Positions 51,138-64,000 of a stretch of 64,000 bases of DNA are shown piece by piece. The notes below the pieces were generated by a model. That model saw only the letters and a program-made list of their open reading frames with translations, did no database searches and was not told the DNA's origin. Every line of letters starts with the position of its first letter. Positions within the stretch are counted from its first letter, which is position 1. Origin of the DNA: Amoeboaphelidium protococcarum X5 (taxonomy: Eukaryota; Fungi; Aphelidiomycota); assembly GCA_023515725.1 (NCBI GenBank), contig JALDTO010000069.1, positions 1 through 64,000 on the forward strand. The letters run 5' to 3'. The position numbers were made by a program, and so were the translations under genes.

Positions 51138-54014
51138 TCACAACTCCCACTGAACGGTGAAAGCGCGGTCCAACTTGATGGATAGATGGCTGATTACTAG
51201 CTCCTGCGTCTCTCCATTCCAAATAAAGTTCTGCTCAGCAATCTTCTCGCTGTTTAGCAAAACTTAAGATGGACGTTGACTCAATCCCAATACATACAGC
51301 TTATCCAATCTACCAAAGGCGTCATAGTTGAATTGACCATCAGCAATCAGAGAGAAGGACTTGCCATTCTTGTTCTCAACGCGGAAGTTGGCAAAGGAAT
51401 TGTCCAAATTCTTCACAGGCTCGCTCTCTCCATCATCCAAGTACAAGCTACCGTATGCCTTATTAGATTGATCCAATGCTACAATCAACTCAAAATTATT
51501 CAGGCGAGACTCATGCGTAGTATAACCAGGAATCTGCAAAGGAATAATGTGACCACCGCGGATATGAACATTCACATGATCAATTGGCGCATTCAACTTC
51601 AGCCACTAGCCTTCCTTCTAACCAGCTGGCAGATCGACCACTTTACGCTTGCTGTACCAATCATACCAACGACCAGCAGGGAAATAACCATAAACATGGT
51701 CTTTACCTTGCTCCAAAACTGGAGTGACCATAATCGCTGAACCAACCAGGAACTGACGGTCAAAGTACATCAACTATTCGTCTTGTGGGAACTCAAAGAA
51801 CAGTGGGCGCAATACAGTTGCTCCGAACTAGGAAGCCTCATAGAACAGAGTGTAATAGTACGGTAGCAATTGATAACGCACACCCAAAGCTTTGCGTGAA
51901 GCAGCGGCCACACTGTCCCACAGATATGGTTCCTGAGCGCGTACTCCACGAGTATTGTGGTTACGAGAGAACGGATAGAATGCACCAAGAGACATCCAAC
52001 GTGCACACAACTCTTCAGTTGTGTCTCCGACAAACCCGCAGATATCAGCACCAACGTACGGGATACCAAACAGTTGGAAAGACAGGACGGCAGGAATGGA
52101 CAAGAATAAATGTTCCCATGTAGAGAAGTTATCACCAGTCCAATGACCGGCGTGTCTACCAGTGGAAGCAAAAGTAGATCTGGACAATACAAACGTTCTC
52201 TTGCCAGGCTTGATGTCCAACAGGGCATTTCTGGTCATGATAGCCTCAGAGTGGCCGTATAAGTTGTGCAAATTATAGTGCAAAGTATTGTTGTAATGTC
52301 TTGCATCCGGTGCCACAGTCTTGAAAGTCAATGGCATGTTGCTGTCTCCACCATTACCAATCTTATACTATGGATTGGCAGCGTCCTCAATCTACACAGA
52401 CGCCTTCTTGAACACCAATTAATCGTCACTGCCATGGTCCAAAGCATCAGTAGCCTCACCGCGGTCAGCCAGCATAAGAACATCATCGCAAGGACCATCC
52501 TGAGTGTGACAGAAGTTGGCCGGCTCATTCATGTCGATCCACCAACCATCTAGGTCAACATCTTGCATAAACTTTCTGATCCACTTGGTCCACCATTCCT
52601 GAGTATTCGGATTATTGAAATCAGGGAAAGCAGTAGGACCGGGCCAGACTTTACCAACCAGCAGATTGCCATCAGCGCGCTTGATGAACAAATCTTTAGC
52701 CACACCTTCATCAAATGGAGCATGTCCAGGTTCAACCTTGATAGCAGGATCCAGGATCAATACATATTTCTGATGTTCAGCATGTAAATCAGCCACAAAC
52801 TTCTTCACCTTATCCACAGGATAATTACGCGGATCCAGCGTAAAGTCCTTGTACTGATCCATATAGTCAATGTCAGTCCACATGGTCTCCAGAGGGATAG
52901 AAGCTTCACGGTATCTTCTCACCACCTCCTTCACTTCATCCAGATTCCTGTAACCAAATCTGCATTAATGGAATCCAAGAGACCAATATGGAATCATCAG
53001 CGGATTACCAATAACTTCATAGTACTGATACACGACATCAGCAGGTGTTGGACCGGTGAAAATGTAAAAGTCCAAGACACCACCAATGATCTTGTAAGTC
53101 AGAGTACGAGAACGCAATAAGATATCCATACCATTGGCATTCAACAAGAACACACCATGTGCCTTACCACCGCGCACTTCCATATAAAACGGATGTGAAC
53201 CATAAATGTTCTGATCAACTGGAGTCGCAGCATCACGAGCCCATAAAGTTTATCTGGTGTTCAAGTTATCGCGTCTAAAAGAGTGCACCACTTCACCGAG
53301 ACCAAAGATATGCGCATTCTCAGGTACTTAAGTAGATAGCTCCAAATATTTATCCTCGTAAATTAGAGGATTAATCACGGTATTCTGATCATTAGCAGGC
53401 ACAGCAGTGTCGAACAGTACGACTTGATCGGACTTTCTCACCACCTTGATCGAGAACGGATCATTCACCACCTCAACCTTGTAAGCAGCTTCTTCTTCAT
53501 CGACGGTGAACTTTGATGGTAGCGGGCGCTTGAATAAATACTCAGGCACTTCAAAGCGCTGGCTATCAGCATCGGTTATCTTGAAATGGACACGAGTATC
53601 AGTCTCATACCAAACTTGCAATTTCAAATTACGAATATCACGGTCAAACATGCCACACTCCCTAATAAGAGTGAGATCAGCTTCAATCTTCAGATGTGAG
53701 TCCACCAACTTCTTTTCAACATTGGCAACGCGGTAACCTTTACATGAGCCAGATTGAGCCTTGTGAAAGCACCAGGGAGCCATTGCCTAAGAATAGACGG
53801 GGGACCAACAGCAGCCATTACGTTCACATTCTTCTTTAGTAGTTCCCAGGTATCCACAGTCAGAGCGTTGATGTGGCTAGACATTACAGGCACCATTCAG
53901 CATGTCCACGTCTTTCTAGGTAGCAGAAGCCAGTTCAGCAAGCGGATTCTGCATGATGACATTGCAGCACACAAGCGGTGCAACTAAACACCCAATAGAC
54001 AGAGCGAAACGCAT
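51138..54014 (-). CDS. Secreted/lysosomal GH31 alpha-glucosidase with N-terminal trefoil (P-type) domain, ~958 aa
   Basis: Signal peptide, trefoil [28 protein letters not shown]...PWCF, WIDMNEP nucleophile, HWTGDN acid/base, GADICGF and FYPFSRNH. Confidence 0.95.
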
Positions 54015-54296
54015 ATTTTATTCAGTTCAAGATCTACGCTTTATACGGAGAAGATCCAAAGTTCAATGATGCACTTGCGGAGTGGAGAAGTGATTAGTAA
54101 GAGGAAACGATGCGAACGAGGGGTGAATGAAAATTTTCGTCAACAACAATCAGCGCCACACTCAATCTCTCCAGCTTGTGTGGCTGGCTGTTGCCGTATA
54201 AAATTAGATTAGTTGATGTGATCAAATCATAAAATTACATAATCTTATTCACGATTACTTTATCTTCAATGAGGTCAATTGTATTGTGCTTGATAA

Positions 54297-55710
54297 TCAC
54301 CACATTATTCTCTAATCGACCCCAGGCTCGCTGTCCCATTAGAGCGTACGCGTTAGAAACAGCCTTAACACGGCAAAGTTTATCAACGCGTATAAAGTAG
54401 TTTCCATTAACTTTGCAGCATTTTCCAGCTTGAGATTTAACCGCATAATTACGAATGGTGTTATAAAGTAGCGAAACTCAAACAGGGGTGAAGGTACTAA
54501 AGCGATCGCAGATGCTAACCAGAATATGCAAGTCCAGATCAGACTTGTTTCAGTGATCATAATCGCAGATAAAGTTCGTAAACTTAGTACGTACGGAACA
54601 GCTAATAGATATTTTACCATTGGATTCAGTCTCAACACTTTCCACACATAGAATGATAAATGTCTGTTATCACTGAGAAGGAACGGATGATCAATGCTGA
54701 GATAGTGAATGGCGAGCATCACCACAAGTACCTGTGATGCAAACCAAAAAGGACTCTGCACGCATTTTTAAAATACTTGAAACACACACCCCCATTTGAG
54801 AGATACAGAGAGAAGGACGATAGACAGCAACGCAAAATACATGAGTTGGTTGATGTGAAAGCTAACAACATGATTCTACTTGTCACCCATTGCAACACCA
54901 CCATTCGTGAGAGCAAACACCAAGAAACATATACATACGATAACAAAAGACCATAGGCGTTGGAATAGCGCCGGTGCATTAGACAATACGCTAATAATAA
55001 AGTCAACTATCGTTACGTGGACCTTAGTTCCATTGCTGAGGAAATCAATAGCTGACACGCCTGCGATAAACAAGCACCAGGCAATATTGGTTTACCTTAC
55101 CATCAGAGAACATGCTACAGCAGTAGAGCTTAAGATGTATGATCGCATCTTGGCTTAATACATTGCAAACACAATCAATCCGGTAGACGCCACATCAGTA
55201 TAGTACAGAAAGTTGAAAAAGAACAGCCACGGAACGAGGCAAATATTCAAAGCCGCCCACGGATTTCCAGTATACAGCAGCGATGACCAGTATAGTAATG
55301 AAGTATATACGATATTAGTAGCTCTAAGAAAGCCAAGTGAACATTCAATATTATAGTCGCCACTCAACGCGGCCAACCATCTAAAAAACACGCTCGCGTA
55401 ATACCTACTCAAACATTTGACTGAAATTGATCAAATTAAATTAATAATACTTACAAACCTGGTGGGGTAGTTATCTTGCCATCCCAGTCATTGAAATTCC
55501 CCTTGCAGAATTGTTGCGTCTATCGAACATGGAATATTTCATCCTACACATCCGCTGATGATCATCATTAAAGCTCAATGAGGGGAGACAGACACGTACC
55601 ATGTAAGGCAGAGGGACCTGGGCATTTACAACGTTCTAGACTGTGTGAATCACAGCAATTAAGCCACTGAAGACCAGAAACGCCGTTTTGAAACTGCAAT
55701 AAGGTTTCAT
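54297..55710 (-). CDS. ALG10: Dol-P-Glc alpha-1,2-glucosyltransferase, ~435 aa, introns 55544-55599 and 55405-55454
   Basis: PYM|DEIFHVRQ, WDGKITTPPGL|Y, FLYYTDV, HPFLLSDNRH, LFEFRYF and C-terminal QRIMW. Confidence 0.94.
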
Positions 55711-55781
55711 GTTGTCTCCTCCTCTTTTAGTTTCACAGAGTTATAATTGCCAAGCACACCTATCGTCTGCAAGATAAAAAC

Positions 55782-58700
55782 ATGAAGTTCCTCAAGTTTT
55801 TTGTGTATCAGGCAACTATTATCACTCATGTACGTGTTCTACTGGCACAACAAGTCATTGACATTGGTTCTGGCTCTTATTACGCGTCAATCCCTGCTAG
55901 TAAAGGTAATAAAGGCGCGTCGTCCATCTCAGACTGCTCAGTGCAAGACTAAAGAACCGTTCCTGCAGAGTTCTTTGTCACTCAACGTGAAGAACCAATA
56001 CCAACTCATCAATGGTATGGCTCCCTGGTGTGGAGAAGATGTCTGAATGATGCCCAATCCTCACTGCCAATATACGCGTACCCGTTGGCCTTTCGTGCAA
56101 CTCCCTCTGGTTTGTCCGTTTCACAAGTTTCTGAAACGGTCGTCATTTCTCACACGGATTTCTCGTACTTGAAGGCTTACAAGAACACTTTTGATCCGTT
56201 TGATTTTAAGCTGCAGTATGAGAAGCCAGCTCAATATCAAGTCCTCTTGGAGGATTATGATGATCTGACTGCATCTTTTGTGTGGCAAGACAATGCTGGA
56301 AATGTTGTTCTGCGTGTGGTGCTGGGTCGTGGTCTTCCATTCTTTCATGTGTATCAGTTTGACACGACGCAGAAGTTGCAGCTGGTTACTTAAGGATCTG
56401 CAAAGACAGTTTTTAACAATGCTGGTGAGCTGTTAATATCTATTCAGACATATCGTGGCCCTGATATTCTACACAGTTTCTATCTGAATTTCGATGGTGA
56501 TGTGTCGCCTACAGTGGAGAATGGATTCAGCAGTTCTGGGGCACCGTAAGCTGTTATAACCTTCTCTGGTCCTTTGAAGTCCAAGTTATCAATTGCTCCA
56601 ACTCCAATGTCCGATGAAACAAGTATTGGATTTCTACGCTCAGCTGCTAATTCTGTTGTGAAGGCGAGCACTGTGTCTTACGAGTATGTTTAAGCATCGA
56701 ATCTGGTGAATGTCAAGTTTAGTTATACATCATCTGGCGATGATAACTTCATAATCTGCGTTCCGCCATCAATCTCTGATCAGGCTAGTCAGGATACCTT
56801 AGCAAAATAGCTGTAATTGCAGTACTAAACCACTCGTGGAGCACTGTCATGCTTTCAGACATCAGCACTGCAATACTCTGTGAAATATACACCTATTCTG
56901 CCTATCATGCCGAATCTGTTACAAAGCCCGGATACCAAAGGTGACATTGCTGATATGGTGTCCGATTTTGCAAGCAAGTCTCAATCTGAGCTGATCCCAA
57001 TAACTGATACTTATTTTACCGGGAAGGCGTTATGTAAAGTGGCTAATGTCATGTTGATCGCCCAGCAGCTGGAGATGGACGACGAAGTTCGTATTCTACT
57101 GAACATGGTGAAAGATGTGCTGGAGGATTTCTTTACGGTCGATGGTTAGGCTTATTTCTACTATGATACCAATGCTAAAGCCTTGATTGGCCATCCTGCT
57201 TCTTTCGGTTCTGATACGGAGCTGAATGATCACCACTTCCACTACGGCTATATTATTAAAGCTGCAGCATTAGTTGGCACTGTTGATCTGCAATGGGCTT
57301 TATAATGGAAGGATATTATTGATTTGATCATTCGTGAAGCCGCAAATTATGACATAAGTGACAAGAGATTCCCTCGCAATCGCTAATTTGATCACTATGT
57401 CGGGCATCACTACGCTTCTGGTCATGGTTACTTTTACAGTGGCAATAACTAGGAGTCCTCAAGTGAGGCGATGAACTTTAATTCCGCTTTGATATTATGG
57501 GGAGAGCTGATAGGAAACTAAATAGTCAGAGATTTGGGTATCTATATGCATGCCGTTGAATCCAATGCCATCGATTACTTCTGGTTTAATACTTATGGCA
57601 ACGTGTTTCCGCGCACTTCTGTTAATTTTATCGATGACTATTATAACGCTGTAGGATTACCACTAGACTCGGTCTCAGCCGATGGAACTCTGTCTGTATT
57701 GGGCGATTCTTTTGGTTTGTACTAGTTGTATAACATCACCGACCAAATCAAAGAATCCACCTCGACCGATGTTGTATTCGACTCAACCACCACTGGTTAT
57801 GACGTTCCATTTTGTGCATTAGTATGGGATGATGGCGGCAGTTATGAAATATTCTTTGGCCCTCCGCTACCAGAATTTCTACTGGGCATCAACTTACTAC
57901 CTGTAAGCGCATAATCATTCTATTTGGCGCGCCATCGCAATGTCTACGAGAAGCTACTGAAGTAAATGACTGACAACCAGGGCAGTAATGGTTTGCAGCA
58001 GTGGCAAGATGTTATTTGGACTTGGTAGTCAATGTTCAATCCCGATGCTGCGATTGCCAGTTTGTCCCAGAATCCGACTTACCCTGTGGAATAGGGAGCT
58101 TCTACCGTTCACACGTTGTACTTCTTGCTGGCCAATTAGCTGGCAGGTCAATTATCTGACCAGATCACGTCCGACAGTCCGTTTGGATTGGCGTTTTCCA
58201 ATGGAGTATATATTGCTTACAACCCATCTTCCTCTGTGAAAATCGTGCGCTTCTCAGATGGGGTTCAGCTGTCCGTAAATCCTTTGTCGTATGCTGTGCA
58301 ATCTAATGACTCTCCAATCCCTCCTCCTCCTGTTCCACCTATTGTCCGTCCGCCGCTGGTGACTACAACTGGAACTCCGACCGTTGCAATTCCAATTGCT
58401 ACCACTCAGCCTGTGGTAATTCCAACTACAATGACATCCAATCAACTAACTACTACTTTGACTGATATCCCAGCTCCATCCATTGGAATTCCTGCTGGTG
58501 GATGTGGATTGATCAATGGCAATAAATTGAAATGCTTTGAAGATCTATGTTGCTCTCAGTATGGATATTGCGGAAGTAGTGACGCTTACTGCGGTGTGGG
58601 TTGTCAGTCAAATTACGGTGTGTGTGACGATTTGGACTCTGACGTGTCCTCTGACGGAAAGTGCGGAATGCTGGATGGTCGCAAGAAGAAATGCAAGCAA

Positions 58701-58793
58701 GGCTTCTGTTGCTCAAAGTTTGGCTGGTGCGGATCCACCGCTGACCACTGCCAGATGGGATGCCAAAAGGATTACGGCGTCTGTTTTCAATGA
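55782..58793 (+). CDS. Secreted GH81 endo-1,3-beta-glucanase with P/T linker and two C-terminal CBM18 (hevein) domains, ~1003 aa
   Basis: LNDHHFHYGY and GNNQESSSEAMNF catalytic motifs; CCSQYGYCGSSDAYCGVGCQ and CCSKFGWCGSTADHC. Confidence 0.93.
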
Positions 58794-58835
58794 TACTGTA
58801 TTTAATAATGATATCAAACGATGATCAAATGAAAA

Positions 58836-59273
58836 TCACTATTAGTGAGTCAATTCATACACTTGGTGGGCAATACGGTCCAATTCCTATTGACCAACCT
58901 GGCTGATTCTTCTTCCACCATTCTCGTCCTTCTCCAGAACCTTGATCTTCTCCAAAGACTGCATGGCGTTACGGATAACTGATCCAGAGCCGTGAGCGTG
59001 ATGTGATGGTCTGTTTCCATTGTTCTTGGCACCGCCGAGCTTTCTGCGGAGTCCACCAACACCCCAACCTTTTCTAACGTACACCTAACGCGCAACAGCT
59101 GCGACGCGGTGATAATACCAATCTGGATCCTGTGGGGCCAACTCTTTATGAATACCAGTCTTTACCAAATCTACCCACTTTGGAACCTCCAGCTTACCGG
59201 AACGCTTCAAATACTCGGCATAAGCCTTAACAAATTTCTATGGGCACACGTCTTTTACGCTTGCTGATGGCAT
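58836..59273 (-). CDS. RPS19: 40S ribosomal protein eS19, ~145 aa
   Basis: SVKDV...[39 protein letters not shown]...[17 protein letters not shown]. Confidence 0.97.
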
Positions 59274-59899
59274 ATTTGTGTCTTGATTATATTTCTTTCC
59301 TTCACACTATGAAAATTTGATGGAGCTCAGGCAGTAATGAAATTCCTCGAAAGAATTTAACACTTCGGTCGAATCAACCTTAGCGCGATGAACTGATAAA
59401 ATGCAAAAATGAAAATTAGCGATAGCAGGTGGGAAGTGGAACAATTGAGAGATCTAGCATATAAGTTAAACAATGCTGGTCACATTGGAAATTTATTGTG
59501 TCGTAGATTTAGTTAATAATTTAACCACGACGTAATGATTTTGGTATGTACTGTACAAATTTTTTTGGTCAAACATTTCAATATTAAGTTAGTATTGCTT
59601 CGCGTTAATGACATTTTTTAATGCTTTTGCGACTTTTTCGGTTCTTTGCCGCTCATTGCATTTATCTTTCGCGATCTCCACGGTCTTATCTTTCTTTGTT
59701 TCAGTATCATAGTTCTCTAAGTGGTTTGTGTGATATGATCTCCATAATAATTCATCAGATCAAATTTTAGTGACTATGGGATCAAAATGATGCGTCCTAC
59801 TGATGGATATCTTGCCGTCTAATGATGAGATTACTTGATTCTTCTACTTCCATTGCAAGTGTAATATATTCTAGTGTTCGTAGCAAATAAAGAGAAAAA

Positions 59900-62800
59900 A
59901 TGTTTAGTCAAGTTAGAATATCGAGGTATGAACTGGGAGAGAGCTTAAATTTTGCATAGCTCAATAGTCTGTCTAATGACTGGGAAACTGAAGAAGCTGA
60001 GAATGTGATTGAAGAAGGCACGATATCAATTGACAACGTTGTTTCAGAGATGGTGGGAGAGTTGGCTGCTGAGCTGTAATTGCATTTTGGATTTCAGCGA
60101 GACAGCGTTGAGAATGTGAAACAGCTCTTTCTCTCCATGCTTGAGAGTCGTCTTGGTAGATGTTAATCAGTCGAGTAATGCGTGTAAATAGTCCACAATG
60201 AGTTGGTGGGTCTCAAGTCTTCGTATTAAGTATGGTGTAAGTATCATGATATTGAAGATTCTTTTGTTGCAGATACAGTACAGAAGTAGGCTCAAGGTTG
60301 CTTGTTATACTTGATGATCTGGGCTGAGGCTGCGAATTTGATATTCATTCCAGAGCTGTTATGCTTCATCTTCCATTGTGCATTAAATGAATTGTCTGCT
60401 TCTGGGACGCGTGATGAATGTCATTTCTTAAGTAAAATTATCGTGCCTCTGTATGACTTTTTATAGTTGTAAAACTACGAGAAATTAGCTGATGGCACCT
60501 TACTATACCGCGGGCTTCCTCATACCAAAGTAATTGGAATTGATGATATAAATGAGTTTTTCTAATCGTAAGCACTTCTGAAAACGTTGAAAGTCGCTGA
60601 TGGCGATTTTTATGACACTCCGCTGCGAGATAGATATTCTTTGCTGTTGAAAGTTGAATGGTGCCATGCGTTCAAAAAGACTTTTTATGAAACTAGAACA
60701 TTTATGCATGTCTTTGTCAATTATGCGCCGATATTGCAAATTCATACTGCTGGCTTTCTGCTGATGGCTGTTGGTATGTTTGTAAGTCTGTATGAAGATG
60801 AGAGTCCGTTGTAAAAGATGACTTTAACGTTATCAACTACCGCTGTTTGTCCTCTCATATCAATAATGGTTATATTGGCAGAGGCATCCTTCTTTCCACG
60901 TCGTTCATCGGCTCTGAATGGTTGGTCTTTTGGTTTGTTGCGCGCCATAGGTCTCTTTGCAGTTAATGTTATTCCTCCCATATTGGTCTTTTTGCCATTT
61001 ATACCGGCCAATGCTCTTTATGCTATTCTTACATTTCAAGTTCTAATATCAATTGGCACTGTATCTCTGTGTGTTATCTGGCCTTTATTGCGCAAAGTGC
61101 AAAGAAATCCATGGAAGCAACCTTAGGCTTAGCTGAATGAGTGGTCATCAATCCTATTTTGGATGAATATATTCATATTAAAGTTCACATTTAGCTGGTT
61201 TTACCTTATCAAGCCATTGAGGAATCCTATAAAGTCTGTACTTTACTCGTAGGAATGTGAGATTGATAATCCTGCGATTTGCTAGTTATACCTCTATCTT
61301 CAAGTGGCCATGATTTTGGTCCTGAATTTTATTCTCTACTTTCTAGATACATATATTATGTTTACGCTTGGTATGAGTATATATTCTGCATGGCTGGCGG
61401 TTAAGAATGGCTTTGTAGGATGGAGTGATGTGTCTACCATATTTGAGAAGATTCGCATTAAATTGCTGAATTGTTATGATTAGTATAATTTGGCAAGAAT
61501 TTGGAACTGTTTTATAATCTCAATGTATAAAGACTTGATTATATCTGGCGACGAGTGTATGGACATGCTATTCTAGAAAGACTCTGATGGTCAGATTAAA
61601 ACTCCTACTTCATTGAGTTCCACTTCAAATCCAGCTGGGTAATATCGAATGTCGGCTTTTGTGCAATCAATGTCTGGAGAGTGCTAACCTGCGCTGTAAA
61701 TCTCGTAAATGCCGGCTATGAGTGTAATTATACCGCATTACAATGAGAAAGTATTGCTGTCGCTGAAGGAGATCATTTACGATCATTATGAACACCAACG
61801 TAACAAGCTATGTCTGATTGAATATCTGAAGATTCTGTATCCTCGAGAGTGGGCAAACTACGTGGACGCTGTCATTAAGTCTCAACCTCATCAGATGACT
61901 GAATCCGAACTGTATTCCCTCAATAAAATTGGCATCTGCAGATTCAGTGAGGAGAATGTGTTCAGGCTGAGATGCTTTGCCAGTCTTCATTGCTAGACTT
62001 TGTTCAGAACAGTCACTGGATTCCTAAACTGCCGGAATGCTTTGGAAGTGTTGAGCTCTCATGAAACAGCTGAAAAGAAGTTTAATATGGTTGTCGCCGT
62101 GTAAAGATATACTGAAATGTCTTCATTCGAAAGATAAGATATCGACCACTTGCTGTAAAAAGGTATCAGTATTTCATACATTGACTGCATTTCAGGAGAG
62201 AATATTCAGCCTGTCTATTATAGCTGCTTAAAGACTCAGCAGGGTATAAAATATCGTATCCGATTGCCTGGGTATCCACTACTGAGTGACGGGAAAGCTG
62301 ATAATCAGAATTTGTCTTTGCCTTTCTGTAGAGGAGAGATACTATAGCTTATTGATTCTAATCAAGATTGTCATATCGAGAATGGCTTCAAGTTGCCTAA
62401 TGTTTTGCATGAGTTTGTGGCTAGTTCTGATTTGGCGATTCTTGGCGCGAGAGAAGAGATATTTACTGCCAATGTTGGCTCTTTGGCTAATGTGTCGGCA
62501 TTGAAGGAGTTGACGTTTGGCAGTATGAGCTAACGTTTTAGCACAGATCAGAGTGTACGTCTGCACTATGGACATCCAGATTTTGTGAGATTCCAATTCG
62601 CGCTATGTAATGGTGGTATCTCGAAAGCTCAAAAGAAGTTGAATTTGAATGAAGACATCTATTTTGGTATCAATGCAGTTTTAAGAGGTTAAAGAGTCGG
62701 ATTTACAGAGTTTTATTAGTGTTCTAAAGGGCGTGACCTTGGTTTGCTGTCCATATTCCAGTTCAGTTTAAAGATTGGCACTGGTAATTCTGAATAGATT

Positions 62801-64000
62801 ATCAGTCGTGACTGGTACAATCTGTGTGTTGGGATGCGTCTCCCTAGACTGCTTAGCTTCTACTATACAAGTATTGGATTCCATATTAATAATATGTTGA
62901 GTATTTTGGCCATTAGCTTGTTCGTTCTTAATTTGTACATGGTTTAGATTAGAAGTATCTTTTGCAGTAGTGATATTTGCGAAAGCACTGCACCTGTCAT
63001 CGACTATATTGCGTCAGCGGTGGTTGCAATTGCCATTACAAGTATCATCTGTTACGTGCCTCTCTTTGCCCAGTTAGCTATCGACTAAGGTGTTTACAGC
63101 GCAGCAAAGAAGATATTTATGCAAGTGGTTAGTTTAAGTCCTGTTTTCGAAGTGTTTGTTACCAAAGTATACGAGTACAGCCTGATGACTGCCGGTTTTT
63201 TGCTCTCTTCTAGTCAATATCGCTCTACTGGTCGTGGATTTGCCATCTACCGTCAGCATATGATTGCTTTGTATGACCAGTTCTCAGATGTCTCTGTTCT
63301 TTCCGGTGGTCGTATTCTGGTATTGCTTAGTATATCTGCATTCAGTGGTGTGGTGAAGTTACATTTGCTATTCTTTGCTGTAATTGCGCTTGCCCTTTTC
63401 ATGTCACCGTTCCTATTCAATCCTCATGCTTATGACGTGCAAGAAGTACTCTTGGACTATGGTATGGCGATGAATTATCTCTTCTGTATCGATGGAACTA
63501 AAGCTATCGGTTTGAGCTGGTACAAACATATCATTGGATACGTGCAAGACTTTGATGGCAGAGTATATGACGGAATGACAGGCAAATTGGTCCAGACGCC
63601 GCCCACTTTGATGTCGGTTCTCGTATGGAGTAGTGCGCGTAGTCTCTTCCCTGCTTTCATTACTGGGGTCTCCTATATTTACGCGAAATCATTGCAAGAC
63701 TCTCAAACCGGTTATGTGGTCCATGTGATTGCTCTAGTTGGTATATCTTTGGTTCCTTTGCTGCTTAATCTGATATTCATGTTGATAATCTTTTTACTGG
63801 CGACTTTGGTGGGACCTTGTTTAAAGCGGGAGACTGCTTGTGCAATAGGTGGTGTCATGTATTCCGTTGGCAAATTAGTCTCCATGCTAGTGGGAATTCT
63901 GTATCTGCTTGCTGTTTTTGAATATGAAGCCTGGCAGTTTAAGAACTTTCTCGTGTTCATTGTGGCATCTTGTTATTTACAGAAGTAGTTTCTACAGCTG
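59900..64000 (+). CDS. FKS1: 1,3-beta-glucan synthase catalytic subunit (GT48), divergent; runs off the window's 3' end
   Basis: [77 protein letters not shown] and KGRDLG; single frame with TAR=Gln. Confidence 0.93.

Noticed and set aside
1-64000. Interpretation that the window is a field of pseudogenes or a low-quality assembly
   Set aside because: Interruptions are almost exclusively TAA/TAG, fall at Gln positions, and frames are maintained through essential genes.

Overview
Gene-dense eukaryotic (fungal-lineage) nuclear DNA in which TAA and TAG encode glutamine and only TGA stops (translation table 6). This is why the supplied standard-code ORF track is shattered. Re-reading the window with TAR=Gln gives about 34 genes, a few with short (42-65 nt) GT-AG introns. 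The code plus the gene content (FKS glucan synthase, CBM18, Rim4, PHO85) best fits the aphelid algal parasitoid Amoeboaphelidium protococcarum, where this code is known; the species call is inference. Housekeeping genes: bHLH TF, M1 aminopeptidase, FOX2, UTP17, choline kinase, TFA2, PHO85, LIP5, RSM19, PARG, ALDH, GH31, ALG10, RPS19, FKS. The standout accessory region is about 39.1-44.7 kb. It holds a Fanzor1 (eukaryotic TnpB-like RNA-guided RuvC nuclease) written in the host code, with one frameshift, two orphan cargo ORFs, candidate omega-RNA scaffolds and a 12-bp inverted-repeat pair; a separate ~330-nt structured RNA candidate lies next to it. Other items of note: a cluster of orphan secreted proteins (two expose a cryptic GxxxS[KR] N-myristoylation motif after the signal peptide, one carries a UIM), a secreted calpain-like protease, bacterial-type GT4 and GH81 enzymes, meiosis-linked Rim4 and Sfr1/Mei5 homologues, a WH2-C-A tail protein, a decayed Ty3/gypsy gag-protease, and an excess of TAR codons immediately before the true TGA stops. 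All translations were done by hand, with no database searches.
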